A DNA stretch of 64,000 nt, from positions 3,400,677 to 3,464,676 of the forward strand of contig MU054117.1 in NCBI GenBank assembly GCA_013239625.1. The letters run 5' to 3'. Positions 12,131-25,904 of this stretch are shown one piece after another. The translations under genes were made by a program, and so were the position numbers. The notes under the pieces are model-generated. The model was not told where the DNA came from and made no database searches. It saw only the letters and a list, made by a program, of their open reading frames with translations. Within the stretch, counting starts at the first letter, position 1. Each line of letters opens with the position of its first letter. This stretch comes from Lama guanicoe (lineage: Eukaryota).

Positions 12131-12727
12131 CCTGCCCCAGCTCACTTATCCAAGGCTGTAACATTAATCTGCTCTTGGGCCTGGCTGCCTCCCCAGACCC
12201 CCATCTCCCTCCCCACACCCCAGGGATTCTGGGAGCCACTGTCATTCCAACTATGAGGCAGGAATGAAGTGAGCAGGGAGCATCTCAGAGGGAGGGAGGA
12301 GTTGGCTGGGGGCCCAGGGCAAGAGGGAGGCGAGAGGCCACCCAGGACCCAAATTGGGCAGAAGTTCTTGGCCTGGTGGTGCTGGCTTCCTTATTTAGAG
12401 GGCAAAGGGTAAAGACGGAGGAAGGCCTGGTGGCCAGTGATGACCAGGGCTTATGAGTTACCTTGGAGACGAGGTGTGGAGAGAGCTCATGGCTGAGGGC
12501 AGCAGAGGCTGGGGGTCCCTGAGAGGCTGAACCCCTTTAGCAAGAGAGAGCAGAGACGAGGTGGTATCCAAGGAGCTGGAGGGCTGCAGGAGGAGCAGGA
12601 CTAGGGTCAGTCTTCGGCTCCCATCCTGGCCACCGCATTCACCCAGCCTACAGAGCAGTTGTGTCTGACCCTTCACAGAGCCCCCAGCCAGTTTCACATG
12701 GGGGCTCACCCTTGGCCTCTGACCGAC

Positions 12728-12868
12728 ATCATTCCCATTTTACAGATGAGGAAGCTGAGGTTAGAGGGCTTAAGCGACTTGCCAGAGTGACCTTAGCTAG
12801 TAAGGGGCAAAGCCAGAACTTACAAAGCCGGCCTGAGTCCAAAGCCTGTGCTTTAACCTCTGCACAGT
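12728..12868 (-). mobile_element. MIR SINE
   Basis: MIR core cccattttacagatgaggaagctgaggttagagggcttaagcgacttgcc. Confidence 0.8.
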
Positions 12869-13949
12869 TGCCTGTAATAGAGGTTAGATTCCCACAGCCT
12901 CCTTACTGCTCTTGTCAGATGCCAGGAGGACACCACAGAGTTATCTCAATAGCACAGAGTGATCCACCCACGCTCCCAGGCTGGAGGCAGCGGGCAGCCT
13001 GGGGAGATCTCCTGGGATGAAGCGCACGGCTCAGGGACTTCCCGAGACCCCAGCCCTCCCCTCTGACCCCCCGCCTGCCCTGGCCCGGGCCCCGCCTCCA
13101 GTCTGCGGCATCTGCCTGCCTTCTGCTCCCCAGCCTAGTCCGCCTGGACCGATGCTTTGCTTAGGGTTTCCGTCAAACCTTGCCTTTCAGTTTTGTCCTA
13201 GACGCGCTCTCCTACCCCTTGAAGCCCAGCTGCCTCCTGCCATTACCTTTGGTCAGTAAACTGAGCGGGGAGTGGAGACGGGTTTGTACCTCCGCTTAGC
13301 CCTCACTGTGGGGCCCCCGGCTCCTCGGCCGCCTTCCCCTCCCCGGCACCTCCAGTGCCTTAGGCTCTGCCCGTCAGCGCTGGCAGCGTCCCGCCTCCCA
13401 GCAAGGAAAGACTGGCACCTCGTAGGCACAGGTCGGGTCTACCATGTCGGCCTTTGTTAGAAAATTCGCTTAAGAAAAGCATCATTTTAAAAAAAAGCAT
13501 CTCTCTGTGGACTAGGAGGGCCTTGAGTAACCCAAAGACAAAGCCGTCAAACACAAGGGCCTTCACTTTGGATTTCCAGCGACTTTTCGTGTGCTCACAC
13601 ATCCGTGCCTGCAAGAACAGCTAACACCCTCCTCCCAGGTTGACTCTGGGACCTGGTGTGAACTAAGCCGCTGATCTGACTTGAGGAGGAGGCGGCCCAG
13701 AAGCACACTGGGACGGTAAGAAGTCAGAAGTTAACGCTTGCCTCGGCTGGATGGAGAGGAGTTCCTCAGCAGGGGTCAGAGTCTCTGCGGATTTCTTCTT
13801 GGAAGCCATCCACTTTGGGACTACTTTCGAGGAGAGAGTAAACCCTAAGGAGGTCTGTGCCAAATGTCAATAAAAATAGTGAATCACATCATCTCATCCC
13901 AGATTCTTTGTGTTGAGACTGTGGTTAGTGTCTTACGAAGCCAAGGACT

Positions 13950-14110
13950 TTGCATGAGAACAGAGGACACCTGAATATGAGTCTCAACTCCACTACCTGT
14001 TAGCTGTGTGACTTTGGGAAAATTGTGAACCTCTCTGAGCCTCGCTTTTCCATCTGGGAAATGAGACGCTTGCTACATAGGGTTATCTTAGAGGTCAGCG
14101 GTAATACAGG
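13950..14110 (+). mobile_element. MIR SINE
   Basis: tagctgtgtgactttgggaaaatt...aacctctctgagcctcgcttttccatctgggaaatgag. Confidence 0.75.
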
Positions 14111-17100
14111 CAAAGGGCCGAGAGCAGAGCACGATGGGCCTTTCTCAGAAACACGCTGAAAAGCGCTCACCCAGTTAAAGGAGGTTTCTCGTCTCATCTC
14201 TCATCCCAGGGAACGGGAGGGACATGTGGGCCTCCAGGTCCTGACCGCCCGCCCCCCGAGTGTGCATCCTGACGGCTGCTAACACATGCAGAAGCAGGCT
14301 GCTGGGATTCCTAAAATATTCTGAAAACCAGTAATAGCCTCGGTATCGTCCCCTGTTAAATATAAAACTTAAGTAATTCGTTCTATTAAAAAGCCTGGGT
14401 CTTATTTATATCGAGTGATGTGATGAGGCCCTGTTCTAAATGCGCCTCCCAGGCCTGTCTCCATAGCAACGCCACTGCGCTCATATGGCCATAGATTTTC
14501 CCTGAAGGCTAATTAAGTTGACAACTGCTGGGGCTTCTTGGTTTACCAGATTTGCACTTGACCTTTCTCCTGGGGCTTAGGGACCCCTATGGATGTGAAG
14601 CGATAGAGAAAAGAGTAACAGGTGGACGGGGCCTCTCCGTGGACCCCGCTTTCACACAGTTGCCCAGCAGCCTCTGGGGTTGTCAATCACTCTCTCCAGA
14701 TGAGCCAAGAGCTGGTGGAGGTGAGCGGAGGGAGGCAGTGCCAGTGTCCCGCTCCTTCGGCGACAGGGCCCTCGTCCCCACGTGGGTGCGTGCAGTCTGG
14801 ACCCACCTCTGTCACAAGCGGCCAGGTCGCCTTCTGCTCCTCCTGGTGATTATATAGTAGCCTTCAGACACCTCCACAGCGACCATAAGGGAAAGTGCAC
14901 GAAGCTCGCGTAGACTGCTGCAAAGCAGTGTTTCCTTTCTACATTTGATTTTGAAAAAGTCATGTTTGCCTTTTTCTCTAGATGGTTTGGAACGCACAGA
15001 GAAACACCAAGCAGGAAACGAAACAGCATTTTGTGGCTGGCGTCCTCCCACCTTCCGCCTCGGTCTCTCCGCGCCCCGTGCCTCCGCCGGGCTCGGATGG
15101 ACCGGTGTGCCCACACCTGGCGTTCGGGGTAGCGTTTGCTCAGGGGACTTGAGGGACACGAAATGAGCTTGTGCGGAGGGGAGGGACCGGGAGGAGTCCT
15201 GCCCAAGGCTGAGCATTTAAGGCCCCGGACACCTGCTACCTCTGGGAAGATTCAGGAGAAAATGTGGGGACAAAGGCCCCGGGGCAGACTCCTGCGGGAG
15301 GGGCGGGCCTCCCTCGCTCGCCGGCCGCGCGGGGGGCTAGAGTCGGCGCTCGCCGAGTGCAAGCCCGCTTTCCCCAGGTCTCGCCCACAGAAGGGGACCC
15401 CACTGGCTGTCTGACCCACGTTCCCTTAGTTCTGGCCTCTGCCAGCTCACGTGCAACGTCAAGGCACCATGAGTGGCCCTGAGTCATTTCTAGAAGCCCA
15501 GAGCGTGCCTCACACGTGCCGGTGAGCATCCGCGGGCACCCCCGTCCCCCAGGCTTCCACCTCCTGCCGGGGGCCCCTGGGTCGCTTTTCCCCTGGAGCT
15601 GAGGACCTGAAGCCCTCAAAGAACCAGCGCTGCTTTCTGCTCTGTTTCAAAACAAGGAAGAGTATGTTGGTCCCTCTAGAGCCGCACTAGTTAGACGAAT
15701 GTCTGAGCAGAACGGTCTGTGCCCCGGGGGTTTACTGTTTTGGGTTTTGCTTTCAGGTTCCCCATCAGCGGGGGCCCCCATCTTTGTTGTGGCTCAGACT
15801 CATCAGGCTGGGTTCCCGTTTCCTCCAGGAGGGACTTCCTCGGGCAGCATCTGAACACTCAGGCAGATGGATTCCTCCTGGGGCCAGCCTGCCCGTGGTC
15901 CAGATGTGTGTGAATCCCGAGGTTCATTCAGACTAGAGACCCTGCTTCTGTCCCAGCTGCCCTCCGCTGCGGAGTGCCCGTCCTGCCCACACACTCAGCT
16001 CTGTGGCCTCGCTGTCGGAGGGCTTGCAGAATCCGCTGGGAGGCGCCCGTCCTCCCCTCCACCCCAGAAGTCACCACCTTGGGTTGAAGTGCTTGCTTCT
16101 CTACCCCTGCATTCTGAGCCCCCATCCTGCTGTGTCTCCCAGCAGGACTTCCAGTCTGCCAGCCTCCCTCCCTCTCTCTCTCTGTCTTTCTTCTCTCTCC
16201 CCTCTCCCCCTTACCATTCTCCAGCCGCACTTATTGAGCCAACTGCCAAGGAGGCAGCGCCTCGGGGCTGGCTGACCACCATGGCCACATATCTCAGCTG
16301 AATTTGCAAAGGGGCAGAGGAGTCAGATAACTATCTGGAGCCTCCGAACGTAAGGGATTCTGGCTCTGCTTAGAGTTTTGTGGTTTCTCAGATTCGCCTT
16401 TCATGATCATCATCTAATAATACGTGCTGCGTGCTGAGGCGGGCGTGCGCCCTGCCAGCCACCATGCGAGTTACGTAAACGACTCGGCCCTTCGTGGCAG
16501 GCTCCCCAGTGAGGCATGGCAGGCCCTCGGCGGCCTGACCTCTGCCGGCCTCTCTGGCTCCATCCCCCGCCTCTCCCTCTTTGGGAATTTTTTGCTGAAA
16601 TGGCCAACTGCTCTCGGGCCTGCTGTGTGCTGTTTCTGTGTCTGTGCCTCTGCTCAAACGGTCCTCTCTTTCCCTGGAGAATTTGCTTCCCATCTTTAGA
16701 GAAGCAGCTTAAATGTCACCTCCGGAAGCAATCCCTGACACCCTTCCACCTGTCCCTAAGCTGGACTTGGTGCCCGTCTTCCCTGCCCCCATCCCCACCT
16801 CACTGATGTTTTGTTCGTGTCTCTGTCACTGCCTTTACCGGGTTTTAATAATCCGATCAGGTAATCCCTCTGATAGTGAAATCTTTGAGGCAGCAGTGGT
16901 GCCTAATTCATCGCTGTGTGTCACAACCTAGCCCAGTGCCTGCCACATAATGTTTATGAGATGTTTGAATAAACAGTGTTTGAATGAATGGCTGTGAATC
17001 TGTGGATTTCACTAGATCAATGATTCTCAAACAAGGGCCAAGCCCTCTGCGAAGGGGTGATCAGAATGTGGATGGGGCACAGTAATTTGAAAAACCACTT

Positions 17101-17119
17101 TCGATATTATGATTTGCCC

Positions 17120-20100
17120 TTTGTCATAGAAAGTCAGCTACCCCAGCGGCTCTGCTTCCAGCGCGGTGGAGGAGCTTGTACCGCACTTGCGCGCCCGTGC
17201 GACGCAGCTCAGCAAGTAGGTGGAACAACGTTTTAGACCATGGATAACAGGCAGCCCAGACTGTGACCCTGGAGGGAAGGAAACAAGTGAGATGGACCCT
17301 GGGATCACCTTTTCTGTCTGCCTGGAGGCACTTTCCAGGTCTCAGAGCCAGAAAGGAGAACCCAGGTAGAGCCCACAGGTCACTGAGTGGAGGATGCAGA
17401 GACCAGCGTCTGGGGAGGCTGAGACAGCCAGAATTTGCAGGATAGAGCAGCAAAAGAGAGAGAATGTAGAGAAAGAGCTTCAGAAATCTGTGTACAGAAA
17501 TCTGTGTACATTCACCCTTAAGCCTACTGCTGACCACCAACCCACACAAGTGCAGGGTGACGCTCCATGAGAACAGGAGCAGCGCTGCCAGGGAGCTGGA
17601 GGCTGAGTGATTTCCAGCACTCACCCTGGGCTGTTTGTGCAGAGAACTAGATCTTCTCAGTAGAGAACATTCAGTAGAGACCACAGAAGAGCCACACCTC
17701 GGTCATGAGGATAAATCAGGCTGGAGCAAGGCTCTGGACTTGCTCCCTAATATTTTCAAGACTTCCAGAGACCAAGATGCTGTAACAGGATTGGGATGTT
17801 TCAAGCAAGTACCCCTTTGCTTGAAACAACTGAAAAACTGGAAAAGATGTATCAAGCAACAGTTTGCCAGAAAGTAGATGCCAGGCAACAAAGGACAGTG
17901 ATTCCTGAGACATGAGAAATTGACAAGGTGAATCTTACGATTGCCCCAATGTACTGTCTTAACAAAGTTTTCAGCGAGGACACAGGGAGGAGAAAGCGAG
18001 GGGGAGCCTGGCAAACACCTTGAACTGGGGAGATGAAGCCAACTGAGGGGGACCAGGGCAAAGAGGGCTTTCAGTGCAGAGGACTAGAGAAGATGCAGTG
18101 CTCAGAGAACTCAGAGACATGCGGGGGACAACCTCCTCGTGTGGTCAGCCGAGTGCTGACCAGTGTGTGAGGAAGCTACCTGGGGCTGGGGAAAGGGCTG
18201 CTCAAAAGGATTACAGACAGCAGTATCTGGAGTTCACATAGGACTGGGGACAGTGCCCGTGCCCACCAGAGAGACGGCAAAACATAATAATGCACAGGAC
18301 ATTGGTTTGAGTACTTATGAGGGTCTCAACAGTGGGAGATGATTATCTTCAGGCCAAATACTGCTCTAACCCCTAACAAATATTAAAAGAAAAACTCAAA
18401 AGGATCAATCTGCCTCCAAGTAATTTAAATTCACTCCAGGAAAAAGCTCAAGAATATTCATAAAAATACAAGAACATCCAGGCCCCAGCAGGGTAAAATT
18501 CAGATGCCTGGCATGCAATGAAAAATTACCAGTCATCCAAAGGAGCAGGGTAATGAGTCATAATAAGGAGAAAAAATTAAAAAGCAGAAACTAAGCCAGA
18601 GCTGACACAGATGTTGGCATTCTCAGACACATTAAAATCATCACAGTTCTACTTCCTACGTTCACACTGCTAGAAAGAACAATGAGAAATGTTAAGCAGA
18701 GGCACAGATGATATAAAAAAGACCCAAACTGAACTTCTAGAGCTGAAAACTGCAATGCCTAAGATAAAAACCACACGGGGTAGGACCAATGGCAGATTAG
18801 ATGCTGCAGAATAAAAGATTAGTGAAAGTGAAGACATAATAGTAGAAACTGTCCCAAATGAATCACGGAGAGGGAAACATTTTTCAAACGTACAGAACAT
18901 TATTCAAGCAACTTAATATATATATGTGGAATTGGAGTCTCTGATGAAGAAGAAGAGACAAAAAAATTAAGGAAATAATGGCTAAAATTTTTCCAAATTT
19001 GAGGGAAACTATAAAGCCTTAGGTCCAAGAAGCTCAATAAACCTTAAGTACAAGAAAAAAAAAACCCTATAAGGCCATCATAATCAAATTACCAAAAAAC
19101 GGTAACAAATCAAAAATCTTTAAAGCAGTCAAAGGAAAGACACACATTATGCACAGTGGAACAAAGGCAAGAATGACGGCAGACTTTTCTGGGTAGGAAA
19201 TGTGGCAAATGAGAAGATCACGGACCAACATCTTTAAAATACTGAAAGAAAGCGCTGTCAACCTGGAATTCTACAGTCAGCAAAATATCTTTTTTTTAAA
19301 AAAAAAAAAAAGGAAAAATAACATCACTTGCAACCAACAGCAGCAGAAAGAAGCGATAACGACAGACCCACACCGAAAGGAATGTTAAAGGGAGTCCTTC
19401 TGGGAGAAGAAATGACACAGATGGAAGTGTGGATTTATATAAAAGAATGAAGAGCTTCAGAAAGGGTAAATATATGAGACTTTAAAACTGATTATTTAAA
19501 CCTCTTTGAAAGCTAGTTGCTGGTAGCAACACAAGTGGTAACAATATAGTGTACGTTTTGTAATGTGCGTAGAGTGTACATGACACAAAGTGTGTGACAG
19601 CAGGAGCAGACAGCCTGGAAGGAGAGAAGTGTTGTAAGGACCTTGTGCTGCACATGACGTAGCGGAGTATCACTGGACGGTCAAGTGAGTCAAGTCAAAA
19701 TGTGCCCATGAGCCCTAAAGCAATCAGGGAAAATATAACAAAGAGCTGCGGCTGGTGAGCTGACAAATGAGTTAAAATGGAATCCTAAAAAATGCTCAGG
19801 TAGCTCAAAGGAAGGCAGAAGAAAGAATGAAAGAGCAAAGAAAACAAACAGCGACATGCTAGATTTAAACCTAACTATCAATAATCATAGGAAATGCAAA
19901 TAGTTGAAGTATGTCAATTAGCAGGAAGAGACTGTCATATTGTATAAAAAAGCATGACAATGTGTCAGCCTCGGAAAAACCAACTATAAATATCAAGATA
20001 CAAATATGTTAAAGCTAAATAAAAATAAAGCTGGAATATCTGTTATTATCAGTCAAAACAGATTTTTATCAAAGAGCAGCATAAAATAGAAAGAAGTTCA

Positions 20101-20460
20101 TTTCATAACAGAAGAGGGGCAATGAATTAAGAGGGCATAACAGTCACAAATCATTATGCACCTGACATTAGAATTTCCGAAAACATGAAGCAAAAACTGG
20201 TATCCCTGCAGAGAAAAACGGGCAAGTCCACAATTACAGCCCGAGGTTTCGATACCCTCTCGCAACAATTCATAAAACACAGAGACCGAGAACAAGTAAG
20301 GACAGAGGAAACCTGAACTATCAGCCAACTGCACCGTCAACCAGTCCGACCTCGTCGGCCTTTGTAAACCCCCCATCCAAAAACAGCAGGGTGCCCATCA
20401 TTTTCCAGGGCACATAATACATTTACCACGATAGATTACACGAAGGGCCAGAAAACTGCT
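17120..20460 (+). mobile_element. Old, degraded L1 LINE (5' region, ORF1 and start of ORF2 endonuclease remnants)
   Basis: A-rich + strand, ORF1-like remnant IFKILKE..NLEFY at 19200-19290, endonuclease-like sequence at 19870-20450, many stops and frameshifts. Boundaries approximate. Confidence 0.75.
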
Positions 20461-20794
20461 TCTTGGTGGTCAAATCAGACGATCTGCCTGTTTTTGTAAA
20501 TAACAGTGTCGTTGGAACATAGGCACGCCCCCGGTCTACACGTTGTCAGTGTCTCCTTTTGAACTACAGAGCTGCCCAGCTGTGACAGACGCCACGGCTC
20601 CCAGAGCATCGCCTGCACTGCAAGCGTCAGTAGGTCACAGCCCAGCCAGTTCAGCTTTCCTGCTGTCGACAGCGGCGTTCTCTATCCACGTGCGAGACTG
20701 TGAGGTGCGGGCAGGTTTCTTTCCTTCCTTTCCTTTCTTTTCTTTTCTTTTCCTTTCTTTTTATAAATAAGCGATTTTTAAGGCTGAATTGCTC

Positions 20795-20929
20795 TTTTTT
20801 TTTTTTTTTGGGGGGGGGGGAGGTAATTAGGTTTCTTTCTTTTCTTCTTTTTAATGGCGGTCCTGGCAGTTGAACCCAGGACCTCGTGCATGCTAAGCAT
20901 GCCCTCTAACCACTGAGCAATACCTCCCC
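20795..20929 (-). mobile_element. Second copy of the same tRNA-derived SINE family
   Basis: Aligns by eye to 6768-6912 (gaacccaggacc..cgtgc.tgctaagcatg..ctcta.ccactgagc) and has a poly-T/G tail on the + strand. Confidence 0.85.
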
Positions 20930-21096
20930 TGTCTTTCTATTTCCTCCCTCCCTTCCTCCCTCCCTCCCTTCCATCCTTCCTTCTTTCCTTCCTTCTATTC
21001 AGAAAGGATGGGTAAAATGGCAAAGATATTTTAACTTTTTACTTATGAATTGAAAAACCATGTAAGGAGATGGGAAATTTTTGCTCTGGAAGCGTG

Positions 21097-21118
21097 CACA
21101 CACACACACACACACACA
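21097..21118 (+). repeat. (CA)11 microsatellite
   Basis: Seen directly. Confidence 0.9.
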
Positions 21119-22411
21119 GAGTGAGCCAGGCCGAGTAAGTCTGGCACGGAGTTGTCCTACCCATAATCACAGAGCACGTCTCAGCTCTGGCCCTTCGAGG
21201 AGGAAGAGGAACAAGGGTAATTCCAGCTATTACAGGCTCCTGGGAACCAAATGAAACACCCGCTGTAAATTGCATATAATCAGAGAGGAAGACTTCTATT
21301 TCTCCGTGGCTGTGAATGGGACTTTTCCTTCCTCTGGTCTAGGAGGGAAGGAACAGGTTTAGATCAGTCTGGGGGAGTTTCCTTTGGCTGAGGTGACCAG
21401 AACCCTCTCTAGATGCCTGTCCTATATTCAGGACCTGTGCAAACAGAGAACCTCAGGTCTCTTCTCTTACACCCAAATTTCCCTTCTCCTTGCCACACGA
21501 CGTCTGTCCTTAGGACGAGGCACGTTGACTACAATGTGGTGGAATTTTCGGATGCTTAGAAGTGATGGTTACAGAATATAAGCCCCTGCTCATCCTGTAA
21601 CATTTTTGCAATTTTATCCTTGTAGACTCTGCCCTCTGGGAGCTCACAGTGTTGTAGGGGAGACCAATGATTGATAGGAAAATGCCGAGTTAAACAGAGG
21701 TCTGGACCCTTGTGAAGCACAAGCAGGTGGAATCATCAGATACACATCTCTTGTGCCGGGGCAGCTGGACAGTTCCCTCCAGGTTAAGCTTTTAGAGAAG
21801 ACCCTTCTGGGGGTCACTGGTGATGTCCTACAGGGTGGTGACAGTGGCAGTTGGAGATTGTATGCCCCTATGATACCCACTTCTGCACCAGGACTTCCCT
21901 TCAGTACGTTTTATCTCAGCCCCACCCTGGGTGGGGTACCGAGAAAGTGGAGGGCTGGGTAGACCCCATCTCCCTGAGGACATAGTCTTCTGGAAAGGAG
22001 ACAAGCATTGCATGCACAGAGCAACTAGAGAACCAGACGGAAGAAAATACACTTCTGGACAGAGAACAGGGAGTCTCCAAGTGGAGGAACAGGGTTTGGA
22101 AATCAGAGGAGGTGGAGCTGAGCTCCGTGGGAGCTGGGTGGGTGGTGAGGAGCAGGCAGGGGGACAGCAGTCCCCTCCATCGCACAGACTGACCTGGTCC
22201 TCACCACCAGCCTCCCTTTCATTTTCCCTTTATCCTTTCCCCCCAGTTATCATCTGATGCTATTTTGTATATTTTATTCTGAGTTTATCATTTATCTATA
22301 TTAGTTGCTCTCTCACATCATTTTGTCATTTACTTTCGGCCACCATTTTTTCAAGTCTGTAATGTTTTATTTATGTGATCTATTTATTTCTCAATCTCTT
22401 TTTATTTCCTG

Positions 22412-22453
<42 letters not shown>
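22412..22453 (+). repeat. (CTAT)10 tetranucleotide microsatellite
   Basis: Seen directly. Confidence 0.95.
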
Positions 22454-22694
22454 GTCATCTATCAAACCATCTGTTTCTCTATCCTCATTTATCTTCATCT
22501 ACCTGTTTTTATTTTCCTATCCTTTCTTCTTCATGTCTAAATGGTTATCTACCTTAAGTCTTTCATCCTTAGTATATCCCCTATTTTTCCTCTTCATCCC
22601 TGCTACCCTTTTCCCACCCTTATTTCCACCCAGCAGTTATCTTCCTTTATAGGGCAACACCCCCCTCCTCCCACAACTATTAGTTTTCCTCTAA

Positions 22695-22945
22695 TTAATA
22701 CATAATAACAAACACTTGTATAGCCTCGTTTATGCGCCAGGTGGTCTTATACCCATTTTACAGATGCTTATTCATTGAATCCTCACAACACCACTACGAG
22801 GTGGGTTTCCATCATCCCCACTTTGGGGAACCCAGGTACAGAGAGGTTTGATAACACGCCCACGCTCTGCAGCAAATAAACAGCAGAGCCAGGGCTCAGT
22901 GCAGGCGCCTGGTCTCTGGCATCTGTGCTCTTAACCACTGTGATA
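22695..22945 (-). mobile_element. MIR SINE
   Basis: aatcctcacaacaccact..gaggtggg...atccccacttt..gggaacccaggtacagagaggtttgataac. Confidence 0.7.
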
Positions 22946-25325
22946 ACACGAGCTCCCACGATGGTCCCCAGTATTTCAACTTCTCCAGCGGTGACACGGA
23001 GCCCCATCCTACCCCCGGGCTAACACAGTGTCCATCAGTGTTGAGGCTCCTCGCTCCTCAGGACAGGGCAAAAACTCCAGGAGTTTTATGCAGAATAAAA
23101 TGCTTAGGAGGGAGCCCCTCTGGCCTTTGGTTCACTTAGTCAAGTTGACACGTCCACGTGCCACCCTTGGGTACAGGAAGCCTTGAGTTCTAGGGCCTTG
23201 GGTCCAGCTGCCAAAAGGTATCGCTGTCAGCCCCCTGAGTCCCCTGCTGCTCCAGGCCCAGATATCATTGGTTCTTCAAAGTCTGGGGGAGTCTCCTGCC
23301 CTGTTCTCTTGCTCTCTCAACGTCAGCTCCCACTGCCCCAAAAGGGTCTCTTCCCCGTGTCTTCAGAATCCCAACAGAATCTCTAAACAGACGTCAGGAA
23401 GAGGGTTGTCCCCAGGCAGCTTGCTTTTGGCCTCGCTCCCCCAACAGCACCGGCGAGGGAACCCAGGTCTGCACCCTCCAGGAACGAGGGAGGGCAACAC
23501 AAAGCGGAAAAGACACGGCTTATCATCTCAGTCAAGTGTCCTGCTACACCTCGCTGTCCTGGATGGGGTCAGAAGGTCACACACAGGAGGTGGCACTACG
23601 CTCTATTCTGTCCGGGTCCCCACTCCTCGGAGCCTCTTAGCTTCTTTCTGTGTCCTGTTTCTCCTCGTGTAACCACTCCCGCTTTTGAAGCTGGAGTCGT
23701 CTGCTCAGAACACAACTGCCTCCCATGAATCTTCTGTTTAGAAACGTTCCGAAGGATGCTGTCTGTTCTGGAATTAGATCACGGTGGCGGTTGCATGACT
23801 TTGTGAAGATAGTGAAAAGCTTACACTTTAAAAAGGTGAGTTTTATGGCATGTGAATTATGGCTCAATTTTTTTTTTAAAAAAAGGCTTTAATCATTTCA
23901 CCCTCAGAGTTAAGTGCCCCATTGTCAGGGTCTTCCACAGCATGACCCTTCATTCTCCCGCCAGTCTTATTCCCCTCACTCACATCTCCCCTCCGCTCTC
24001 CACACTCAGTTCTCCCCACCTCTGGTCATGTCACTTCCTCTACCCGAAATCCTCTTCCCCTTCTTTTCATAAATCTCCTTCCCACACTTTGCCCAAGACC
24101 AGGTCAAGTTCCACCTCCTTGATGGAATCTTCTCTGACCTTCGCTTGCTTCTACTCCAAGCCCCTTTGCACAATGTGTTCCTGCTTCAGCGTAAACTTCA
24201 GTAGAACGACCGTTCCTTGTGTGAGCCATTCCTTCCTTCCTTCCTTTGCATCTTTGTGACTCAGCATCCCGCAGTGCTGGGTTCTGAGTAGCCACCTTAA
24301 AAAGTGGAGGAGGAAGTGAATATATGCATTTTCCAATCTCTGAGCGACTCACATATGTGCCTGTCTGGTTTTCACCCCTAGGCTGTGAGGCCCGGCAGGA
24401 AGGGTTCAGGCCTTTGCCTGAGGCTTAGCCGCGGTTCGCAATAGGACGCCTGGCCGACCCTTCCGCCACCTACCTGCCTGACGGCTTGGCAGGGTTGCCC
24501 TTTCCCATTTTATCGGCGACGGGCTGGAACGGGAGGACACTGAACAGGCAGGGAGAGTCCTCAGGATGCCTGGTTGAATGGTGGCTGCTCCACCCTTAAC
24601 CACAAATGGTTCGCTGACCACTGCCTTTGGCATCTACATCAGCCTTTGGAAAGAGACGTAGCAATTTCCCCCTTGGGGCTTATTTTTAAAATCAGTGGCT
24701 GAGAATGCTTGCCAGAAGTGGGGTCAGACAGCTCTGAGCTGCCCGCTGGATGGGAGGGATGCTGTCTGAGAGGAGGTACAGTGGTTGGTCCTTAATTTCG
24801 GACCACTACTTCCCCAGAGAGAGGAGCCAGGCCAGAGGGAAGGGGTGACTTACCCCAAACAGATCACAGTTTCCGTGGTGATACCACCATTTACTCAGGC
24901 AGTGTGTTCCCAGTTCTAAAGTTTGAAGACTGGGCTGGACCAGCCAGAGGGCTACTGGCCTTCCGCTCACTCAATGGAGAAAATCAAAGTTGTACTGAGT
25001 TCTCACACGGGCCAAGCACTCTTCTAGGCAGTAAGGGTTGAAGTGTGGACCTGATACAGTTCCTGCTTACAGACAAGTGGGAGAAGACGGACAAGTAAAT
25101 GTGTGAACATTCTGGCAGGTAAAGACATTACTGTGTAAGAGCGACAGCGGAGGAGGAGGGTCAAGGAGTCTTCGAGGAAGCGGCCTTCAGGCTGAGACCT
25201 GGTGATGAACCGAAGGTCGCAGGCAGAGGACAGGAGGCATTTGAAGCAGACAGGAGGTTGTGCAGTGCTCGCGAGATGGAGGAAAATGCCACGTCCACAG
25301 ATTTGCTGGGATTTCTGTCATCTAA

Positions 25326-25525
25326 AGCAGGGGTCCTCACACGATGGCTCATGGGCCAGATTCAGCCAGCCACGTGTTTTTGTCATCAGAGTTGTGTTTG
25401 CACATAGTCCCACCCGTTTATTTCCATGTTGCCTATGGCTGCTTTTTGTGACACAACTACAGAACTGAGTCATTGCAACAGAGAACACATGGCCCTGAAA
25501 GTCTCGAATTTTTACTCTGCTGGTC
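25326..25525. mobile_element. hAT-Charlie MITE (MER58-like) inside an L2 fragment
   Basis: caggggtc...gggccagattcagccagccacgtgtttttgt...catagtcccacccgtttattt...ggctgcttt...gcaacagagaacacatggccc. Confidence 0.65.
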
Positions 25526-25904
25526 TAGAGAATATGGTTCAGGGGGAGAGACTGGGGACTGGCAAGAAATGAGGCTAGAGAGGGGATCAGGAGGCAGACT
25601 ATGAAAGGCCTTGGAACCAGGCTAAAGAGTTCGCTCTTTAAAAGCTGCATGGGAGCAACCGATGTGTTTTAAGCAGGAGCACAACATGGTGATGTTCGGA
25701 TTTTAGATAACTAGGGTAAGATAAAGAGGAGAAGAGGCAAAACTGGGATGAGGGAGACCAGCAGTGGGGATGAAGTCCAGGTACGAGGTGATGCCCTGGA
25801 CCATGGAGGTACCAGCGGGATGGAGAGAAATCGGCAGACTTGCAAGAAATAAGGAGGATTTGGTGGCTGATTAGCTCTGGGGGTATGTGAGATGATGGGC
25901 TATG

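Noticed and set aside
17481..17510. 14-bp tandem repeat cagaaatctgtgta x2
   Set aside because: A trivial slippage duplication inside an old L1.
17124..17684. 186-aa - strand ORF
   Set aside because: Antisense frame within a degraded L1 5' region, with no protein-like features.
22305..22652. Hydrophobic 115-aa ORF resembling a membrane protein
   Set aside because: Translation of a T/C-rich low-complexity tract and the (CTAT)n microsatellite.
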